Assembly (NCBI RefSeq): GCF_000143415.4
Contig: NW_003314265.1
Coordinates: 4,026,443 to 4,090,442, forward strand
Direction: 5' to 3'
From: Selaginella moellendorffii
Taxonomy: Eukaryota > Plantae > Lycopodiophyta
DNA: 64,000 bases
Shown piece after piece: positions 58,950 to 64,000 of the stretch. The position numbers and the translations under genes were made by a program. Position 1 is the first letter of the stretch. Each line of letters begins with the position of its first letter. The notes beneath the pieces are model-generated. The model was not told where the DNA came from. It worked only from the letters and a program-made list of their open reading frames with translations, and searched no databases.

Positions 58950-61900
58950 GCCCCCCCCTTACCCTTGTGGGGGGGGCAAGGGTTTTATGCAAGGAAGATG
59001 GGGAATATTCCAAGGACTAGAATATTCCCTCTCTCTCTCGGTGGCCACACCCTAACATGCGACCACAGTGGATCCCACTGGCTCTAGACGTGCGAGAACC
59101 CTACAAAGAGTGTAGAGTGTAGAGTGTACATCTGCTACTGATGCCAAGTGCTGGTAGCTGCGTGAAATAGTAGAAACTCTAGAAAACAAAGTGGAAAAGA
59201 AAGAAAAGAAGTAGGTGTGAAGTTTGGAGATAGGGAGGAAAACCCGGTGGGAAGCCCTATAGTCAAACTGGACCTTGAAGTTGAAAAAAAGTGTAGAAAA
59301 AGTGTGAAAAGAGGAGGAAAATAGAGGAAAAAGAGTGAGCACCCAAAGAACTTAACTTGTACCTGGATTTCGGCTTAGGAAAGTGTAATATGCAAATGCA
59401 GCCTCTTGATACTTCTGGTATACTCCAAGGATTGGCCAAAATCGAGAAAGGAAGAGAGGTAGAAGAGGGGATGAGTTGCCCAAGGGTGATAAATTTGGAA
59501 ATGATGAAAGATGGAATGATATGGTGGAGCGCCGAGATGGTGGTGGCACTCTGAAAAGGTGGCCATTGATAACCATTGGCTTGTAGAGTAAGCGTTGACC
59601 ACTTGGAGTAGTTGGTAACCGGTAACCAATAACTAGTAACCAGTAACTGGGGACCTGTAACCTCTAACTGGTAACCACCTACTCTCGCTCCTACTCCTGT
59701 GCTTGCTCCAACACCGATATGGTGGAGTGATATGGTGGAGCGCTGAGATGGGGTGGCACTCTGAGAAGGTGGCCAATCTGATGTGTCGGACTAAAGAAGT
59801 CAGTAGTTGAAAAGGATGTCGTAGTCACTAGGTTGCCAGTAAAGGGAGGTGGCATGTGTCCACTAAGTGCTAGAGCAAAAGAATGTGGCATCGGCTTCTG
59901 TGGCCTCGCCTAAAGATCCACCTAAGTGCCTTGAGTGAATAGGTTCACCTAGTTGGAAGAAAGTTGCTCTAGAAAAGCTAGTGCGTTGTCGACAAATGGT
60001 TGTAAGGATATCTCGGAAATGGCACGTCCAAATGAGGTGGTGTCATTTGCTGCTGGTGCACGCATGTGTGTCCGTGGTAAGGTGTAAATGTGACCTCAAA
60101 CGGAGATGTGAATGATGGTGAAAGAATGAAAGATGCAAGATAGGCATCTAGAGATAAGTCCGGGCAACACTGCTAGAAGTGCTTGGTGATGGAATTGTGA
60201 GTGTAGATGATATGGAATGAGTGAGGGGAATGTGTGGGGTGTAATAATGGTAAGGGAAGGGCCAAAGAACCTAGAACATAGATTGAGCCAAGCGACGAAC
60301 CTCCATACAAACGGCAATGCAGCCTGAGCGTGAAATCCAAGGCATGGGCCATAGTTCAATGGAGAAACACCCTCGAAAAGTAAAAAAAGTAGCCATGAAA
60401 GTAAAGTGAAAGAAAGGAAGAAAAAATAAAAGAAAAAGAAGAGAAGAGGAATGCCTCACCGGATGAAGCATTTGAGATGAGAGTGGTTGTGAGTGTTGGG
60501 GAACTCACATCCATCAGCATCAACTAGCACGTATGCTCCGCCTCCAATGTGTCACTGGACAAAGTAGGGGCCGGTCCAGAAGGGGGAGAACTTCAATGGT
60601 GGCGTAAACTCCTTGAGTAGAACAAGATTGCCATCCTCAAATGGTTCGGCAGACCGCTGGTGATCAATGACTAACTTGATCTTCTGCTTGCCTCGAAGGA
60701 GATGTTCCGATGTGGATCGTCGTTGTTCTTCCAAGGCAAGAACCTCCAAGTCACGTGCATGAAGCTTGTCCTCATTACTAAGCTGCATCGCTGTTGCGTA
60801 TCGAAGTGAAAATGAGAGTGATGGCACCTGGATCTCCACTGGAGGCACAGCCTCTGTCCCATAGACAAGAAAGAATGGGGTCGCAAAGATGGATGTTTTG
60901 AAGGACATCCGAAAGGCCCACAATGCCATAACAAGTGTTCGTGCCAGCGCCTCGGGTGATCCTCGACAAGCTTGGAGATGAGTGATTTCAATATCTTGTT
61001 GCTGGACTCTGCCTGGCCATTGCACTCAGGATAATAGCTGCTGCTCTTCACGTGCTTGACCTACAGCTGCTGGAGAAGATGCTGCATCACTTGTCCAAGG
61101 AAGCTGCTGCCACGATCAGAAATCAAAACAGCAGGAACTCTGAATCAGCAAATGATGTACTCGTAGACAAACTTTGTTGTAGACTGTTGATCTGCCTGTT
61201 GCAGAGGGGTGGCCTCAACCCATTTTGTGAAATAGTCCATCACCACGATGATGTATTGCTGTCCTTTTGAGCTTGGTGGGTTGATCGGGCCGACGAAGTC
61301 AACTCCCCACTGAAAAAAGGGACCCGGAGAAGTGATGAGCTGGAAAGGAAGACATGGAACATGGCTTTGGGGGTTGAACCGTTGCCACTACTCAAATGCC
61401 TTTGCATAGGCCAAGCTGTCCTGGTGAATTTAAGGCCAAAAGTAGCCATGGTGCAAGAGGAGCTGTGCTGTGACCTGTCCCGAGAAATGCCCCGCACAAG
61501 AGTGGAAAGCGCAATGGAGCTTAAGGAACTCGTGTTCCCCCACACACCACAACAAAACTTCCTGAGAAGTCCTCCTGTAAAGGTGTCCGTCGAGAAGGCA
61601 AAACCCCCGTGCTCGGATCTCCAATGCCTTTTGTCGCACGGGTGAGGAATCTACTGGGAACTGACCTGAATCTAGGTGCACTGCAATGTCCTGTAATGCT
61701 GCTGGGACCACAAAGGAAGTAGCTTCAACAACCAGGAACTCACTCGGATCCATCACACGCTTCCGCCGCATGTGAAAAGTTGGCTGGAACTCTTGGATGG
61801 TCACAATCCAAGATAAAGTATGGGGACTGTGAACCAATCATTGTAAAAGAAAGGTCAGTACATTAAAATAGACGTGAAAATGGATATGAGCTCCAATGAG

Positions 61901-63272
61901 AAAGTGACGAAAATGCTCCAAGGTGTAAACAACAGCCACTGCTTCTTTTTCCGCATCCATGTACTTCCTCTCAGGCTCCTTGAACGAATGTGAGGCATAG
62001 TATGTTGCATGTGGGGGATTGCCAGGCTGTGAATATTGGCAAAGGCATAATCCAAAAGCCTCTGTACCTGTTGTGATGTAAATGTCAAAAGGAAGTTGTC
62101 GCTCTGGTGGTTGGAGTACCGGGGCTGTGCGGAGTGACTGCTGCAGTGATTTAAAGGCTTGTTGTTGGGACTCACCCCAGTCAAATGGAATGTTGTGTTG
62201 TAGCAGAGCTATTAGAGGCCATGAACGCGCAGCATAGTTGTGGAGGAAACGGCGAAAGAAACCCATTTGCCCAAGGAAGCTACGAAGCTACTTCAAGTTG
62301 GTTGGTGGTTTCTGATCCAGAATCTCTTGAGCCTTGGCTACCTAGGGACTGATCCCATCCTGTGAGACATCAAAGCCTAGCAACCGGCCTTCAGTCACCC
62401 TGAATTTACACTTTTCCGGGTTCAATAAAAACCTGTGTTGTTGGCAGCAAGTGAAGATCTGCTCCAAGTGCACAAGGTGGTCCTCAAAGGAGTTAGAGGT
62501 CGTGCACAAATCATCCATATACACCCTCAAGGTGCCTTCAATCAAGTTATGAAAGGCGTGGGTCATAAAGCACTGAAAAGTAGCTCCAGCATTACACAAG
62601 CCAAACGGGAGGACTTTGAAAGCGAAGACGCCCCAAGGTGTCCGAAAGGCTATAAGATCTTGATGATCGGGATGAATGAAGATTTGGTTGTACCTTGAAA
62701 AGCCATCCATGAAAGAGTAGTAACGGTGTCTAGCCATCTCATCCACAATTGCATCGATAAACAGAGTTAGAAAGTGATCTTTTGCAATTGCCTTGTTCAA
62801 GTCTCAAAAGTGAACACAGAGGTGGAGTTTTCCATTTGCCTTGCGTGCAGGAATGAGATTGGCCACCCACTCTGAGCTCTCCAAAGGGTAAATAAAGCCA
62901 GCTGCCAGAAGTCGCTCGATCTCCAACTTCATCTCTGAGTGAGCTGCCGGGCTGAAATGCCGCATCTTTTGACGGACTGGTTTGGCAGACTCTGAAAGCA
63001 CAATACTGTGCATGATTGTGTCCATGGGAACTCCTAGAAGTTGGCTGTAGTCCCAAGCAAACACGTCCTTGAAACAGTGAAGGAGAGCCAAGAGCTTTGT
63101 TACATTTGTTGAAGCAAGTGATGTGGCAATAAAGATCAAGTCCTTGCCATCACCTAGGAATGAACCCTGGAGTAACCTTGGGCTCATGGGGCTCATCTAT
63201 CTCAGATTCCTCCCTGACCTTGGAAACTAAAGAGCAGGGAGTGCCTTTTGCCTCTTGCATCATGGTGATTGC
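58950..63272 (-). mobile_element. Tat-type Gypsy fragment: RT - degenerate RNase H - integrase - long 3' non-coding region
   Basis: RT YSFMDGFS.YNQI...YMDD, RH ERKY.DAEKE, INT YYPECNGQAE, TPFFLVYG.EAV.P.E, WTGPY. Many stops and frameshifts. 62960-63272 matches 52964-53235 inverted. Confidence 0.88.
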
Positions 63273-63460
63273 GAGCCCGGGTAGGTTTTGAGCTCATGAG
63301 CTCACGAGCTGAGCTCACGGCTTCTCAAACACAAGAAAAACATTGGTTCGTCCCGAACCAACATCTTTCCATTCTTCAAATTTTGATTTAATCTATATTT
63401 CCAAGTAAATTCGACTAATAAAATACAAATATAAATATAGATCCGAACACTAAAAGCAAT

Positions 63461-64000
63461 CTAAAAACACTTCTCAAGCTCCGCAACTGTAAGGCTTGCC
63501 TGGTGGATGTGATGGTCGATCTTAGGATCTTGGTTTAGTTCCTGCATAAAAATGTAATAGATGTGCTTGCAGGCTAAATATACCTTTCCCCTGTTCTCCC
63601 GCTGTGTAAAATCTGGACAGGTACAGGATGGATTTTCGCAGATTTTAACAGTGTAGCTCGTACCCTTTGATGACTCAGTCACAATAATAAACTCCTTAGC
63701 CATAGCACTGATGTAGTTTGTCTTTGTGATTGTGCACTTTAGCTCTTTTGCCAACTTGATCTTCTCTTGTGCACCTTTCGAAATGGAAGACCTGTATTGT
63801 ATAGCCTTCCCATTCCTAGCTGGTCGTGTATGCCGGTCTAGTGTTGATATTGGTGGCATAGCAGTACTAATAGCAACATTTGAGGAAGTCTTTAGCTTGA
63901 AACCTGCTCTCTCCAGACTTTCAATCTCTTCTTTCAAAAGATTGCAGCTTCGCTCAACTGGCCACTCCTCTGGCACAGAATCTGGCTTCAAAATAATTGA
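63461..64000 (-). CDS. SWIM zinc-finger ORF, 5'-incomplete (frame open to the window edge)
   Basis: YTVKI...PSCTCPDF...ACKHIYYI fits the CxCx(n)CxH SWIM motif. Confidence 0.7.
   Translation of the reverse strand, partial: SIILKPDSVPEEWPVERSCNLLKEEIESLERAGFKLKTSSNVAISTAMPPISTLDRHTRPARNGKAIQYRSSISKGAQEKIKLAKELKCTITKTNYISAMAKEFIIVTESSKGTSYTVKICENPSCTCPDFTQRENRGKVYLACKHIYYIFMQELNQDPKIDHHIHQASLTVAELEKCF

Overview
Eukaryotic (land plant) nuclear DNA. It is most likely the lycophyte Selaginella, an inference from the very short ~50-80 bp introns, tiny intergenic gaps, PLS-PPR relics, a fungal-type chromovirus and a Tat element with an extra RNase H upstream of RT. The window has three zones. (1) 1-20.8 kb is a nested LTR-retrotransposon block. 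An outer element with 1.6-kb microsatellite-rich LTRs ('family A', 102-14602, TSD CTAAG) contains a decayed chromovirus, an inverted family-A LTR and a very young Ty3/Gypsy element with identical 233-bp LTRs (7843-12705, TSD ATAGC). After it come a hAT relic, a Crinkler/RHS-type NTPase pseudogene and a 649-bp mini LTR element. (2) 21-42.7 kb is a dense gene island: a DVL/RTFL peptide gene missed by the ORF track and enclosed by an inverted repeat, a PPR pseudogene, DnaJ, an LRR-RLK, an Ole e 1/extensin-like gene, an At1g01500-like gene, BCKDH E2, a PIA2-like ankyrin protein, a PP2C, a small Cys/His protein, a BT1 folate-biopterin transporter, CWF19L2 and SufD. (3) 42.8-64 kb is a second TE block: a probable LINE relic, Gypsy relics, a TRIM, a solo family-A LTR (TSD CACTT), two fragments of a Tat-type element and a SWIM-finger ORF at the edge. 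Family names A-E are my own working labels. All homology calls come from motif recognition by eye, not from database searches.
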